Shown: in pieces, positions 46,622 through 57,503 of the stretch | Layout: each line of letters opens with the position of its first letter | How positions within the stretch are numbered: position 1 is the stretch's first letter | Virus record (IMG/VR): IMGVR_UViG_3300031841_004520 | Span: 1 to 64,000 of that record | Source: a virus | Direction: 5' to 3' (one strand) | DNA: 64,000 bases | Made by a program: the position numbers and the translations under genes | The notes under the pieces: model-generated | Told to the model about the DNA's origin: nothing | The model's input: only the letters and a program-made list of their open reading frames with translations | Database searches by the model: none

Positions 46622-49600
46622 TGCCTATTAATGATCAATACGACAATAATTTACACATACAATCTCCTGGTAAATTTAATCAGGCAAGTAGCACAAACCC
46701 TATAACTTACCAGAGGTTCTTAAATTGTGATGTTAAGGGTTTTAATTTGAACTTAGGTTTTGGTGGTGCTGAAACTACTATGACTATGGATCTAGTAGAG
46801 TCTTTAGTAGGAAATCCGCCAGCTCATAAAGCGAATGAGACTTTAGCGACTTTTAGAGATCGGTGCAATACCAATCCTCCTGATTCAGATTGCAATCAAC
46901 TTCGTTACAGTGGGGAGTTAGGTAGAGTATATACATTTATAGCAACAAATGTGGATGATGATGAAGTCTTTGAATTTTCAGGAATACTGTCTGACCACGA
47001 TATAAAAATAGATAGTAATGGTCGAACTATAACCATACGGCTGACCGATGGTCGTGTTGCGTTAGAAAATGTTCAATTAGTTATAGGAAATAATTATTCT
47101 AGAAACTATACTTATAATTCTGCTGGAGAAAGTGTTAATGTTTTAAATATTTTATATGAAACTGAAAAAGGTGTTAGTCATAGTTTTGATAATCTAGGCT
47201 TCGACCTTCCGACAGACCCATCAAATCCATTAGCTACATATAGTAAGTGTGATTATTTTATGGATAGTGGATATGACGATGACGGCATACCTGTGACATA
47301 TGTATTAGGTCAATTTATGTCTAGCGATAGATATATGTCCTTACCTCTTAGCGATCAAACGATAAGGATTAATTTAGATAACATATATAATACAGCATTA
47401 AACAGAGTTAGTTACATGCGTATTAATGATACTAGCATTAGTTTAATGGATTTATTGCAGCAGGTTTGTGAAGAAGCGGCTGGAGAACTAGTTATAAATA
47501 CAGAGAGTACAGCAACAGGATATGAAATAGTTGCTTCATTTATTGACAGAAGTGTACCTATACCATCTGATGGATATGCTTTAGGAGCATATGTACAAAG
47601 CAAATTTCCTGTTTATAAATCTTTAAGCTACGGCCAAGAATCATCTTACGAAACTACGCAAAATCTTGTCTTTGGATCTAAGATGAGATATTTTGTAGAA
47701 GTCCAAAGACAAAAAATGCATAGTATACCCACTAAAGATGCTGGTGCGATTATTAATAATCCTCTAGATGTCGTGGTGCCTGATATGTCTAGCGATGCTA
47801 CAGCAGATCACGACAAAGTAAAATCACAAGATCTTAGTGAGCCTCCAGAAGAGAGTTGCTATGATCCGGATGATTTTACTCCACCCAACGGAACATTTTG
47901 TAATATTCCTACTGGCGGTGGCCGAATTGCTATGGTTTTGGGAGAAAAACTTAATGGAGCATTAACAGATCAAGGTATACCTGCTTATACTTTATACTTA
48001 AGTAATCTTTGTGGAGATTATATGGGTATAACTTATGATCTTACAGAGATATGTAGTATTTTAGGTGTTGCAGATCAAGGGTCTGCATTATTGACAGAAG
48101 AAGAATTGCTGTTTAGCCAAACATACGAATCATATATTAATTGGGCTACTATGCATCCTAATAGTATTGGTTCTAAAATGGGAGCTGTGATTTTTGGAGA
48201 TCTTTGGGGCAATTTCCAAGAATATTCATTAAAGATTTTTGCAGACATTGTGGAGAATGGTAGTTTCGACAGCTTCAAAGACCCTGCATTAGCTTTTCCT
48301 GATGTTGAAGTTAGTAAAAAACTTTTTGAGGTTGTTCATGCTTATGTAAAAAATATATATGATACATATTATGGTAAAGAATATGTAGCTTTATTAGACA
48401 CTAGAACAAATCAAACTCTTCCAAAAAATAATTTTCAGGTTTGTATAGGTAAAAGTTTTAACACATGGACCAATCAATCTCAGGGAGATATCGCATTTCC
48501 TCAAGCTAATGCTAACGTAACAATACCTAATAATGATCCATTGTTGTTTATACAACAGGGAGTTTTGCAAAATGTTATCAAAACAGCAGGTAAAGGATAT
48601 TTAAGTACTAGCGAGACCGTATGTAATGGAGCTTGGTTTGGTGGTACTTCTTCTAGCGAAAGAGGAGCAACTAAGATTCTCAGTGATGAGCTGGGTAATG
48701 GTGGTTTAGGTACAGAAGACGGGTTGGCTAGATTTTTAAACGACGACAACACGATAGGTTCTTTTGTAAAATACGGTCCTGTAGATAGTATTTGTAAAAG
48801 GATAGGTGGGACCACTTTTGTGTTTCGTGTAGACTTGAGTGCTTTAAATCCTAGTGATTTTGTTGTTAGGACAGAAATAGTAGGCACTAAGCCAACAGCT
48901 ATGTTATATCTCAGGGCTAGTGTAAGTGAAGAGATGTATTTTGGTAAAATATCACTTACTAATAGTATTGACGTTTATACTGGCTTGGGTGAGCTTCAAG
49001 ATGATTATACATGGGTTAGATTTAGTATACCTAGAGTAAAACTTATTCCGACAGTAGGACAAGAAGGAGCTGTTGGTAGGGCCGCCAGTAGGATGGCGCT
49101 AATTGCTTTACAAGTTATGACAGATATGGGCTCTCTGTCTGGTATAATTGAAGGAGATTTTACTTTAAGAGATGCCATTGCAGACAAATTAGCTGGTGGA
49201 GGAATCAATCCTGGTGTTTTTGATGGGATAGCTGCAAACTTAGCTGTAACAAATTTAGCAAAAATGTCCATACCGGCTATTGTTCCAGAGGCAGTTGCTA
49301 TTCCTTTGCAGAGTGAAATCAGAACCTATGGCCCATGGAAAGGTGTTAGCAATCCTAGTGGCGGAATGAATGTAGTTGAAATGGATTTAGCTCCGTGGCA
49401 ATTTGGTTTCGGTCCTAATGCTCCTGCAGATAGCTACAATAGATTGGAGGCTATTGGGTCATCTCATGCTCAAAATGGAACCTTCGGTCGTCTGTATCAA
49501 GAAAAAGCTAGCATTTCCTTAGCTGGAATTCCTGAGATAAATATTGGTGTTCCGGCGAGTCAACTTAATCAAGATGGTACTACGACCGGTGATCCATACA

Positions 49601-51456
49601 ATCTTCTTACTGACATTAGTTTTGGCTTCGGTGCTGATGGAGCTAGGACCACAATGACATATCAAACATATAGTCCTAAATTTGGTAATGCTCCTAAATA
49701 TTTAGAAGATACAGCCAAAAACACAATAGGACAGAAACTTGAATATATGAAACAGTTTAGGACTGAACGCATCAAAAATGCTGCTGCTGGCTTAAAACTA
49801 AAAGAAGATTTAACCAAGGTTCTTGTTGGTCGTAATATTGGTGGAGGTGGTGGAGGTGCAGGTGTAGAAAATAGTCAGGACAACAGTAGTTATGGGCATA
49901 CCCCCACTAAGTTTTTGATGTGTGGATATTTGAACAAAAATAAGACTAACGATTTAGTTAATTCTGATGATGGTAGAGATGATGACAGTCCTACTATCAT
50001 AACACACAATTTCACGGACAGCTGTGAAGAAATAGATGAAAATCCTTTTGGTTACACAGACACTGGAGCATCGACTAATGAGGGGAATGTTTGTAACAGA
50101 TATACTTCTGCAGAGATACACCCATCCTACCATTTTGATAGTTATCAAAAAGAATACTATAAAAATTTAAGTATGATGAGTATGGATGGAATATATTTAC
50201 CTATATCTATAGAGGGTGGTCCAAATAATAATTTAGCTAGATATACTTCTTATTCTACTCCGGCTGGTCTACCAAAAGGACGACCTATTACTATGATGCC
50301 TCCAGTAAACATTATTAGTAGTGCTGGAGGAGGAGCAGCATTAGATTTAGTTATAGATCAAAAATATACGAACCCTATTTGCAGTAAAGCTATTTTAAGC
50401 ACTTGGGATGATAGAAATTGTGATAGTGATCAAGGTTTTGTCATTATGAATGTGGCGCACGGCAGCGGTGCTGACGATAACTTTAATTTTGATACTGTTG
50501 GACAAAGCGGAACATCAGGTCCTTTAAAAGATAGACAGCAGGAAACAGATTTTAGATTTACCGCTATGAGAGGTCCGTTGGTTTTACAGGCTTGGGGTTA
50601 TGATATTAATGGCAAACCTATTCCTAACGCTAACGATTCAGCGACTGCTGCTGAGTCAGGTACATTTAGAAATAATAATTTAGAAGATAAGTTTTTGAAA
50701 AATTGGTTGAGTAATCCTAAAACCTGGCCTGCTGGCCCTATCGATCTTCGATGGGATAGACATAGAGGTATGTGGGTATCTCCACCATCTAGTAAAATTA
50801 TTGTAGGTAGACTAACATCTTCCTTGTCCGCTTTTGGATCAGCAACTGCAGAATTGTTAAACCCAAGTGCTGGTGGGGTAGACTTTTACGAAGATTACGA
50901 TTTCCATGGTGCTGACGGCACTACTCTTACTGCTAATGTTAGAAATTTAAATGTAACGGTTCATGATTATATTGGTTCTAGCATTTCTAAATGTGCCATT
51001 GTTTTATTGTATTATGCTGATGGCAAATATATGGTGATAGAAGAAGGCGGTAGTAGAAGTTTACAAAGAGCAAGGATTAGTAGTGATCAAACTTTGAGTT
51101 GCAATGGTCAATGTCAAGCAGAATTGTTTTCGGTGGGTGTAGGAGGAGGAATAACATATGGTGATATTGGTGGTATTACAGTGTCGGATACTATGGGTAT
51201 TGTTTCACAAACACTTGCTGGTTTAACGAGAGTTTGGGTGTATAAACCTTCAGATGCAGCTAATTATGAAGTAGTATACATAGGTACTAGAACTGACGCA
51301 GATTGTGGTAGTTGTGGAGGTTTTGGAGTTTATCAGGTTGCTGGAGTAGACTTTAATAGATTGCCAACAGTTGCTTCTGTGGGCAAAGTTGTAACGGTAA
51401 CAGATGGTGGGTGTTTAGCTTTAGTGGACACAAAGAGTTGTGATGGAACTGCATAG
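46621..51456 (+). CDS. Large tail tip/baseplate hub protein (1611 aa)
   Basis: N-terminus F.LNLGFG...T.TMDLVE, YGPW, L.DISF.FG..G..TT.TY.TY, RGPLVL..WGYD..GKP, W..GP.DLRWD..RG.W. Position after the distal tail gene. Confidence 0.65.
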   Translation: MPINDQYDNNLHIQSPGKFNQASSTNPITYQRFLNCDVKGFNLNLGFGGAETTMTMDLVESLVGNPPAHKANETLATFRDRCNTNPPDSDCNQLRYSGELGRVYTFIATNVDDDEVFEFSGILSDHDIKIDSNGRTITIRLTDGRVALENVQLVIGNNYSRNYTYNSAGESVNVLNILYETEKGVSHSFDNLGFDLPTDPSNPLATYSKCDYFMDSGYDDDGIPVTYVLGQFMSSDRYMSLPLSDQTIRINLDNIYNTALNRVSYMRINDTSISLMDLLQQVCEEAAGELVINTESTATGYEIVASFIDRSVPIPSDGYALGAYVQSKFPVYKSLSYGQESSYETTQNLVFGSKMRYFVEVQRQKMHSIPTKDAGAIINNPLDVVVPDMSSDATADHDKVKSQDLSEPPEESCYDPDDFTPPNGTFCNIPTGGGRIAMVLGEKLNGALTDQGIPAYTLYLSNLCGDYMGITYDLTEICSILGVADQGSALLTEEELLFSQTYESYINWATMHPNSIGSKMGAVIFGDLWGNFQEYSLKIFADIVENGSFDSFKDPALAFPDVEVSKKLFEVVHAYVKNIYDTYYGKEYVALLDTRTNQTLPKNNFQVCIGKSFNTWTNQSQGDIAFPQANANVTIPNNDPLLFIQQGVLQNVIKTAGKGYLSTSETVCNGAWFGGTSSSERGATKILSDELGNGGLGTEDGLARFLNDDNTIGSFVKYGPVDSICKRIGGTTFVFRVDLSALNPSDFVVRTEIVGTKPTAMLYLRASVSEEMYFGKISLTNSIDVYTGLGELQDDYTWVRFSIPRVKLIPTVGQEGAVGRAASRMALIALQVMTDMGSLSGIIEGDFTLRDAIADKLAGGGINPGVFDGIAANLAVTNLAKMSIPAIVPEAVAIPLQSEIRTYGPWKGVSNPSGGMNVVEMDLAPWQFGFGPNAPADSYNRLEAIGSSHAQNGTFGRLYQEKASISLAGIPEINIGVPASQLNQDGTTTGDPYNLLTDISFGFGADGARTTMTYQTYSPKFGNAPKYLEDTAKNTIGQKLEYMKQFRTERIKNAAAGLKLKEDLTKVLVGRNIGGGGGGAGVENSQDNSSYGHTPTKFLMCGYLNKNKTNDLVNSDDGRDDDSPTIITHNFTDSCEEIDENPFGYTDTGASTNEGNVCNRYTSAEIHPSYHFDSYQKEYYKNLSMMSMDGIYLPISIEGGPNNNLARYTSYSTPAGLPKGRPITMMPPVNIISSAGGGAALDLVIDQKYTNPICSKAILSTWDDRNCDSDQGFVIMNVAHGSGADDNFNFDTVGQSGTSGPLKDRQQETDFRFTAMRGPLVLQAWGYDINGKPIPNANDSATAAESGTFRNNNLEDKFLKNWLSNPKTWPAGPIDLRWDRHRGMWVSPPSSKIIVGRLTSSLSAFGSATAELLNPSAGGVDFYEDYDFHGADGTTLTANVRNLNVTVHDYIGSSISKCAIVLLYYADGKYMVIEEGGSRSLQRARISSDQTLSCNGQCQAELFSVGVGGGITYGDIGGITVSDTMGIVSQTLAGLTRVWVYKPSDAANYEVVYIGTRTDADCGSCGGFGVYQVAGVDFNRLPTVASVGKVVTVTDGGCLALVDTKSCDGTA

Positions 51457-54400
51457 TGAATCATTTAAATTATTTACAAGAACTTTCATACCTAATAAAT
51501 AAACCTGGTATTAGTGGGATACCTAAAGCTAGGGTTATGATTGCGTTGTATGGACTAACAGATCACTTGCTAAATAGTGCTAGCTATAGTTCAGGAGAAT
51601 TGGCTAATGAATTGCACTTAATGGGCGATTTGGGCATTTCTGTTTTAGATGAATACTCTGATTATTTTTATAATAAAAGAAAAAGCAATGACATTATTAC
51701 AGATTCTATTAAAGACCTTAATAAATTATATAAAGCGAATAAAGAACGTACTATTGCTGCTGCTAACAATAAAAAATTATACAATTCAATTCTAAATATT
51801 GACGAAAAAGATATTGATGAAATAGATGTGGTTTATAGTACAGCATCTTACGGAGATGGAGATCCTACTGACTGTTGCAATCAATCTGGCATTGTGCCTT
51901 GCGACGAACCCTTCACTACTTATGTTAAATATAGTGGAGAGAGCTTTGTGTTTAATACTCCCTTGATGGAATCTGGTGTGTTTGAACCTGGGGTTAATGT
52001 TGAGATTATTAAAGGCAGAAATAATATATTTGATATATACACAGTGGTTAGTGGTTTGGGTGTTGATGGCAGTGGCACTGTAGATCATCCTTTCAGTATA
52101 ATTAATTTTCAAACAATAGATTGCTCTAATGATTTATTAGATCCTACTATTAACACAAATGGTTTGTATACATCTGATGGGCTAATAATAATTACTCCTA
52201 ATTTAGACTCTCAATTGACGCAACTAAAATATACTTGTCATGATGGTGAAGAAGCTTTGAAGAGTGGAGATACTGAAACACATATTCATGGCACTGGCGA
52301 GAACATTAATGTAAGACATGAGAGAGGTAAGATAAAAGTATCGGATCCTTTTACAGCACATGTATTGCCTGTTAGACCTGAGTATATAATACAGTCTGGC
52401 ACTCATGACCATATTCCCAGTAAGTTTTGGGATTTTGATGAAGATATTCCATGTAAGTATGGTGGCTTGTCAAAAATAAAAGCTTTTACTAATAAGAAAG
52501 CTCATTGTTTTGATCAAAATAATTTTGTTTATGAGGTTGAAGGATGGCTTGGAGCACAGCAGTTTTATCCTGATTTACCTGATACTGTATCAATTCTTGA
52601 TTTTAGAGAGGGTTTATTATATCCTACCTCTAACACCAGCCAGATTATGGGAGGTCAACCTAATAAATTTTTACATAGCTCTAATTTACAAGATTTTGAT
52701 GACAAGTTTATTCTTAATATTGGGCAAAATATTGATCCAGACTTACGAATATATGACAGTAGAGGAGATGTCGATCATACAATATTAAGTACTAGATGGC
52801 CAGCAGAAAGAGTCAATTTAAGAATACGCCCTAACTACTTGACATTACCTGATGTGCAATGTCCGGCTACTGAAGAGGAACTACAAAAAGAAGTATATGT
52901 AGTTGATGATTATGGTTCTCCATTATGTTATCCTACTGGGTTTACTAGTTTTAGGAATATTAGTTTAGTAGACGTTAGAACAAATGCTTACATTGTAGAA
53001 AATACAACTCAAGCAGATAATTTTTCTGCATATACATCTATGTATAGCAAAACACTCACTCCTTTAGATGGTATATATTTAGACGAAAATTATAATCCTA
53101 TCTTGGTCAATGAGAATGGTGGTATATTTGGACGTGGGAATATTACGGCCAGAGCACGAGCAGGTTTAAAAACTTACGAATTTTATTATGCAAATTTCAT
53201 AGTAGAGAATAGAGAGTGGGACGCTAATGCTGGGCATGCATATTTACAAACAAATATATCTGTTAACGCTAATGCTGGTAATTTCTTTATAACGGATGTT
53301 GCTGAAATTAGTAGAAATGACTATGAGATTGGATCGGTGGATTGGTACATGGGTTCTGCTATACCTGCTGGCGGAAGTAATGTTTTTGAAGCTAGGGGTG
53401 GGATTAGTATTTTTAACCCTTTTAAACGCAGATGTCCAGGAAACGAAGACACTCCAGAGGGTAGGGCTGCTATTGCTGAGTGTTACCGACGAATAGTTGA
53501 GATTCCTGGATATGAACTGTGTAATGGTGATAGTGATCCAGGTTTTGTACAAAATGATATAATGACTTTTTTGCCCTATGATCTTAATTTGCCTCCTGGA
53601 ACTAAACTTAGTGACTTTATTCAACCTGGATACTTAGTAGAAGGACCTTATGTTTTGCCAGGTACTTATGTTGTGTCTGTAAGTGAGTGTGAATGTACTA
53701 GCTACTACGGTTATAATTATGGGGATTGTCTAGATTGCTGTGGGCCTGTTGTAACTTTGAGTAGGGGTTTTATTTTTAGCGATTATTCATCTACTTCTCA
53801 ATTTCCAGACACCAATTATTTTCCTTATAGATTTAGAGATCCTGCTGGCTTAACAACACAATCTGTAAATATAAACTATTTTGTTAGATCGAATAAAGCT
53901 GTATTATATAATTATGCTGTGTATGTAACTAGTCCTCCTCCTCCAGGGCCAGTGACAGTTTTTACTGCTTTTGAATATTTTGAAGTATGGCTGTCATTAT
54001 TTAGTTCTCCTCAACCAATTATATATCCTAAATACAAATTGCCGTCTCTTATTCCTACTCAAAGTTATGGTAAAGATAATTTTACTTTTAGTAATTGGAA
54101 CGTATGCTATAGACCAGTTTCATTGTCGGCTTATGAGTCAAAAGTTAGTCAACCTGGTGCTGGTGTTTCGTCTAGCACTTATCTAGCTTATTATGGTTAT
54201 AGCAGACTTGGTTGTCAAGGATTATTGCCTTTTTATGATTTAACAGCAATAGATGGAGGGCTTTGTCCTGATGAGCTAGATCCTTATTGCGTGTTGTGTG
54301 CAAGTGGGGGTGGTCACAACAATCCTTATAATATTGCTCCTTGTTTAGCTGAAGATGTATTAGATTATGAAAATAATTCTTTTTATAACCTACCCGTTGT

Positions 54401-56732
54401 AGAATCACAACAGGTCACAGGATCGGTTTATGACGGCCATACAGTACAGGTTTTAGGCTTTATTGTAATAGTAGAATTAAATTTTGCTCCAGGTTTTGGG
54501 CTTAGTGGAAATGTTACTGTAACAGGGAATCCTTCTGTACAGGTAAATTTATTTCCTGGTGGAGATACAGTAACTGTTCCGTATACACCAGGAGAAAGCA
54601 CTAGTCAACTTCTTAGATTTCAAATATCATTAACAGGTAGCGATTTGTATGATGGTGGGACAATAGTCGTTGATAGCAATGGTGAAATTGTTTTATCTGG
54701 TGGATCTATTTTAGACGAAACTGGATCTACCGTACTTCTTCAAGAGGGCACAATTATTGGTTCTAGATATGGTCCATCCTTTGATACTAGTGGAGATAGT
54801 ACTGGTCATGAAGGTAACAGTATTTTCCCAGCAGGGAAAGTTTCAGATCCAATCAGAAGATTTCCAGAAAGCGATTTGGGCATTTCAGCAGGTGGAATTG
54901 GCGATGCTGTAGAACAACAATATTATGGTTATATAGATCCGGTATCAGACATTGTAAATAATCATAATAGAACACATAGACCTAAAGATGTAGGTGGTTA
55001 TGATCTGCCTAATTTTAATACATTTTATACAGTACATCCTAAGTCTATAGAAATAAATGCTCCATCTTCTAGTGAATTATTTCGTGTTTATTCTTCTGAT
55101 GGTTATGCTAGCTTCCTTGTTGGTATGATAGGTGAGGTTGGCTTGATAGAACATAAATATTATACGCCTCCCTGCAGATTGGGTGGTCCAGACGGGCCTT
55201 GGTCCGATCCAGTAACTCCTGAAGATTATGAAGAATTAGAAATATGTACTTCAGAAATAGTACCATTATCTTTAGGCACACTCCATTTTGAGACTAAATT
55301 AAATAATTTGCATATTAATGTATCACAAGACCATGATCCTCTTGGCAGTGGTTCTTATCCTGATTCTTGGACTAGAAAATATATGGAAAATCCTGTTAAT
55401 TATACAGGAGCAGGCGTATTAGTGCCTCCTACTGGTTTTACTGTTATCAATAATGATTTAATTCTGCAACATAAGCCTTCATCTATGAGTTATGATGAAG
55501 CTGCTGGTAGTACTAATATGGGTCTGTTAAGCAACCAGCTAAGCTTTGAAGAAAATGCGGGTGAATATGTTGTTGATAAGAGAGTTAAACATAGTAATAC
55601 TAATGTTCAAACAATATTAGGTGGAGATGGAGAAATTACTGATTGGTATTGTTATCAGTTGCCAGAAAAAATAATATCAGATGATGGTTGTGGCAATTCG
55701 TATTTTGGTCCTCTCTCATACGATAGATTGCTGTTAGATGATCCTTATGAGGATTACCTCAGCATCTATCAAGATAAATGCTGTAAGACTAGAGGTTGCA
55801 GCTGTGCAGACGGCGACTATAATGCTTTTGGTATACATGACATAAGTACGGTTAATGGAGTAGGCGGTAGACCCGGTGATGAGTCAACACAAGCACTCTT
55901 ACATTTTAAGGTATTAGAACGTTTTTGTTACGAGTCTAAAACACAATGGGATTACAATGTTTTTATAAACGGGCCAGCGATTGATGATAGAAGGAGGCGT
56001 GATGGGACTTTAATTGCTCCCCCCGGCAATACGTTCTATGATATGGGTTACCTTATAGACCAATCAAATGCATTTCAAGTTTTTCCAGTATCTGGTGAAA
56101 GCTGTTGTGAGTTTCCAGCATCTACTCCTTGCCCTATTATGCAAACTTATATAGACATAGGGAGTACTCTATATAATAGTCTTCCAGGTTGTATAAATGC
56201 TTATGAGGCTTTGGACGGAAGGCATGTAACGTACAATTTAACTGTTCCAGGAAACCCCGACGGAATCGGAAGTACAGGAAAATCGCAAGGCACTTCAGGT
56301 CAGACGGGTCATCTGCAATATTACTTTGATAAAGATATTGATGGATATGGTTCAACGTTATATTTAAGAGCAGGGTATGGTATTGTATATCAGTTTCCAG
56401 AAATTTATGATACTAGTATTGGTGACTCCGTCCCAGGGGAATGGTACGTTGCCGATACCTGTGAGTCTGGTATAGTTCCTGGTCCTGGAGTTCCTGGTTC
56501 AAGCGGTCCATATCCGAGGTTGGAGATACCATATGATACTTACGATGTTTTTCAATACACACCATGGTTAGCCGTAGACTGTGATAGTGTAGACTCAAAA
56601 AGCAATCAATTTGTACTGGAAGCGCCTGATGGTGCTTGGACTGTTACTGTTAATATAGGTGGAGATTGCAAGGTGGGTTTTTTAAATAGTATGGCAAATT
56701 GTCTAATGGGAGATAAAAACATATATCCATGA
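51456..56732 (+). CDS. Large Cys/Tyr/Pro-rich virion protein (1758 aa)
   Basis: GTG start overlapping the previous stop, many CC and CxC clusters. Confidence 0.65.
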   Translation: MNHLNYLQELSYLINKPGISGIPKARVMIALYGLTDHLLNSASYSSGELANELHLMGDLGISVLDEYSDYFYNKRKSNDIITDSIKDLNKLYKANKERTIAAANNKKLYNSILNIDEKDIDEIDVVYSTASYGDGDPTDCCNQSGIVPCDEPFTTYVKYSGESFVFNTPLMESGVFEPGVNVEIIKGRNNIFDIYTVVSGLGVDGSGTVDHPFSIINFQTIDCSNDLLDPTINTNGLYTSDGLIIITPNLDSQLTQLKYTCHDGEEALKSGDTETHIHGTGENINVRHERGKIKVSDPFTAHVLPVRPEYIIQSGTHDHIPSKFWDFDEDIPCKYGGLSKIKAFTNKKAHCFDQNNFVYEVEGWLGAQQFYPDLPDTVSILDFREGLLYPTSNTSQIMGGQPNKFLHSSNLQDFDDKFILNIGQNIDPDLRIYDSRGDVDHTILSTRWPAERVNLRIRPNYLTLPDVQCPATEEELQKEVYVVDDYGSPLCYPTGFTSFRNISLVDVRTNAYIVENTTQADNFSAYTSMYSKTLTPLDGIYLDENYNPILVNENGGIFGRGNITARARAGLKTYEFYYANFIVENREWDANAGHAYLQTNISVNANAGNFFITDVAEISRNDYEIGSVDWYMGSAIPAGGSNVFEARGGISIFNPFKRRCPGNEDTPEGRAAIAECYRRIVEIPGYELCNGDSDPGFVQNDIMTFLPYDLNLPPGTKLSDFIQPGYLVEGPYVLPGTYVVSVSECECTSYYGYNYGDCLDCCGPVVTLSRGFIFSDYSSTSQFPDTNYFPYRFRDPAGLTTQSVNINYFVRSNKAVLYNYAVYVTSPPPPGPVTVFTAFEYFEVWLSLFSSPQPIIYPKYKLPSLIPTQSYGKDNFTFSNWNVCYRPVSLSAYESKVSQPGAGVSSSTYLAYYGYSRLGCQGLLPFYDLTAIDGGLCPDELDPYCVLCASGGGHNNPYNIAPCLAEDVLDYENNSFYNLPVVESQQVTGSVYDGHTVQVLGFIVIVELNFAPGFGLSGNVTVTGNPSVQVNLFPGGDTVTVPYTPGESTSQLLRFQISLTGSDLYDGGTIVVDSNGEIVLSGGSILDETGSTVLLQEGTIIGSRYGPSFDTSGDSTGHEGNSIFPAGKVSDPIRRFPESDLGISAGGIGDAVEQQYYGYIDPVSDIVNNHNRTHRPKDVGGYDLPNFNTFYTVHPKSIEINAPSSSELFRVYSSDGYASFLVGMIGEVGLIEHKYYTPPCRLGGPDGPWSDPVTPEDYEELEICTSEIVPLSLGTLHFETKLNNLHINVSQDHDPLGSGSYPDSWTRKYMENPVNYTGAGVLVPPTGFTVINNDLILQHKPSSMSYDEAAGSTNMGLLSNQLSFEENAGEYVVDKRVKHSNTNVQTILGGDGEITDWYCYQLPEKIISDDGCGNSYFGPLSYDRLLLDDPYEDYLSIYQDKCCKTRGCSCADGDYNAFGIHDISTVNGVGGRPGDESTQALLHFKVLERFCYESKTQWDYNVFINGPAIDDRRRRDGTLIAPPGNTFYDMGYLIDQSNAFQVFPVSGESCCEFPASTPCPIMQTYIDIGSTLYNSLPGCINAYEALDGRHVTYNLTVPGNPDGIGSTGKSQGTSGQTGHLQYYFDKDIDGYGSTLYLRAGYGIVYQFPEIYDTSIGDSVPGEWYVADTCESGIVPGPGVPGSSGPYPRLEIPYDTYDVFQYTPWLAVDCDSVDSKSNQFVLEAPDGAWTVTVNIGGDCKVGFLNSMANCLMGDKNIYP

Positions 56733-57184
56733 AAATTAAAAATAAAAAAGCAAAAATATTAGTTTTAGTATTACAGGCACTAGGTTGTCGTGTAACTTTT
56801 ACAGATGAAGATGCGACATTTAGTCCTATTGGTGTTGTTAACGAGAAATTAAAAGAAGAGATATTAGAACATAAGACTGAGATACAAGAAGAACTAGGTT
56901 CAGATATTAGACTTATGTCTATATCAGGTAGTAAAAATTGTGTAGGTCATGAATTACAATTGTTAATAAACAAATATTATCCAGATATATCCTGTGAAAG
57001 CATTCAGTCTAAATTAGATGAATATGATGCAAGAGGTTGCTTATGGTGTGAAACTAACAAAAGTATTGTTATTAGAGAAGTACAGCAATTTGCTCGCAAG
57101 CACGATATACAATCAACTTACGAGCAGATTAGAACTGTAGTAAAAAAGGCTATATCAAACGCTAAGAAAACGATTATTTCTTAG
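56729..57184 (+). CDS. Hypothetical protein, paralogous domain to 7064-7687
   Basis: VGHEL..LI...C......D..G..WCE.N...V...V...A.K. Confidence 0.65.
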   Translation: MKIKNKKAKILVLVLQALGCRVTFTDEDATFSPIGVVNEKLKEEILEHKTEIQEELGSDIRLMSISGSKNCVGHELQLLINKYYPDISCESIQSKLDEYDARGCLWCETNKSIVIREVQQFARKHDIQSTYEQIRTVVKKAISNAKKTIIS

Positions 57185-57503
57185 GAGGTTTATATTTGTA
57201 CCAGCCTCTATTTTCGAGCCAGTTACCTTCAGCATCTTTACGCTTAGGAAATAGTGTACCACCCTTTTTATGTTGTCCGAAGCCAAGAACAGCTCCACAG
57301 TCCATACAGCGCAGTTCGTAATATTCGTTGTCGTCTACAACTCTAACCACAAACCTAATGTTTTCAGACCCACATACGCCACACTTAGCTTCTCCAAAAA
57401 TTTCTTGGATATTTGCTATTTCTTTAAAAAGTTCTTTTTGACCAGCTCCGTCTAATTCAAACTCAAGCTTGTCTCCAACCTTATATTTAGCTTTCATCGC
57501 CAC
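57174..57503 (-). CDS. Zn-ribbon hypothetical protein
   Basis: CGVC...CMDC, GGTLFPKRKD. Confidence 0.7.
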   Translation of the reverse strand: MAMKAKYKVGDKLEFELDGAGQKELFKEIANIQEIFGEAKCGVCGSENIRFVVRVVDDNEYYELRCMDCGAVLGFGQHKKGGTLFPKRKDAEGNWLENRGWYKYKPPKK

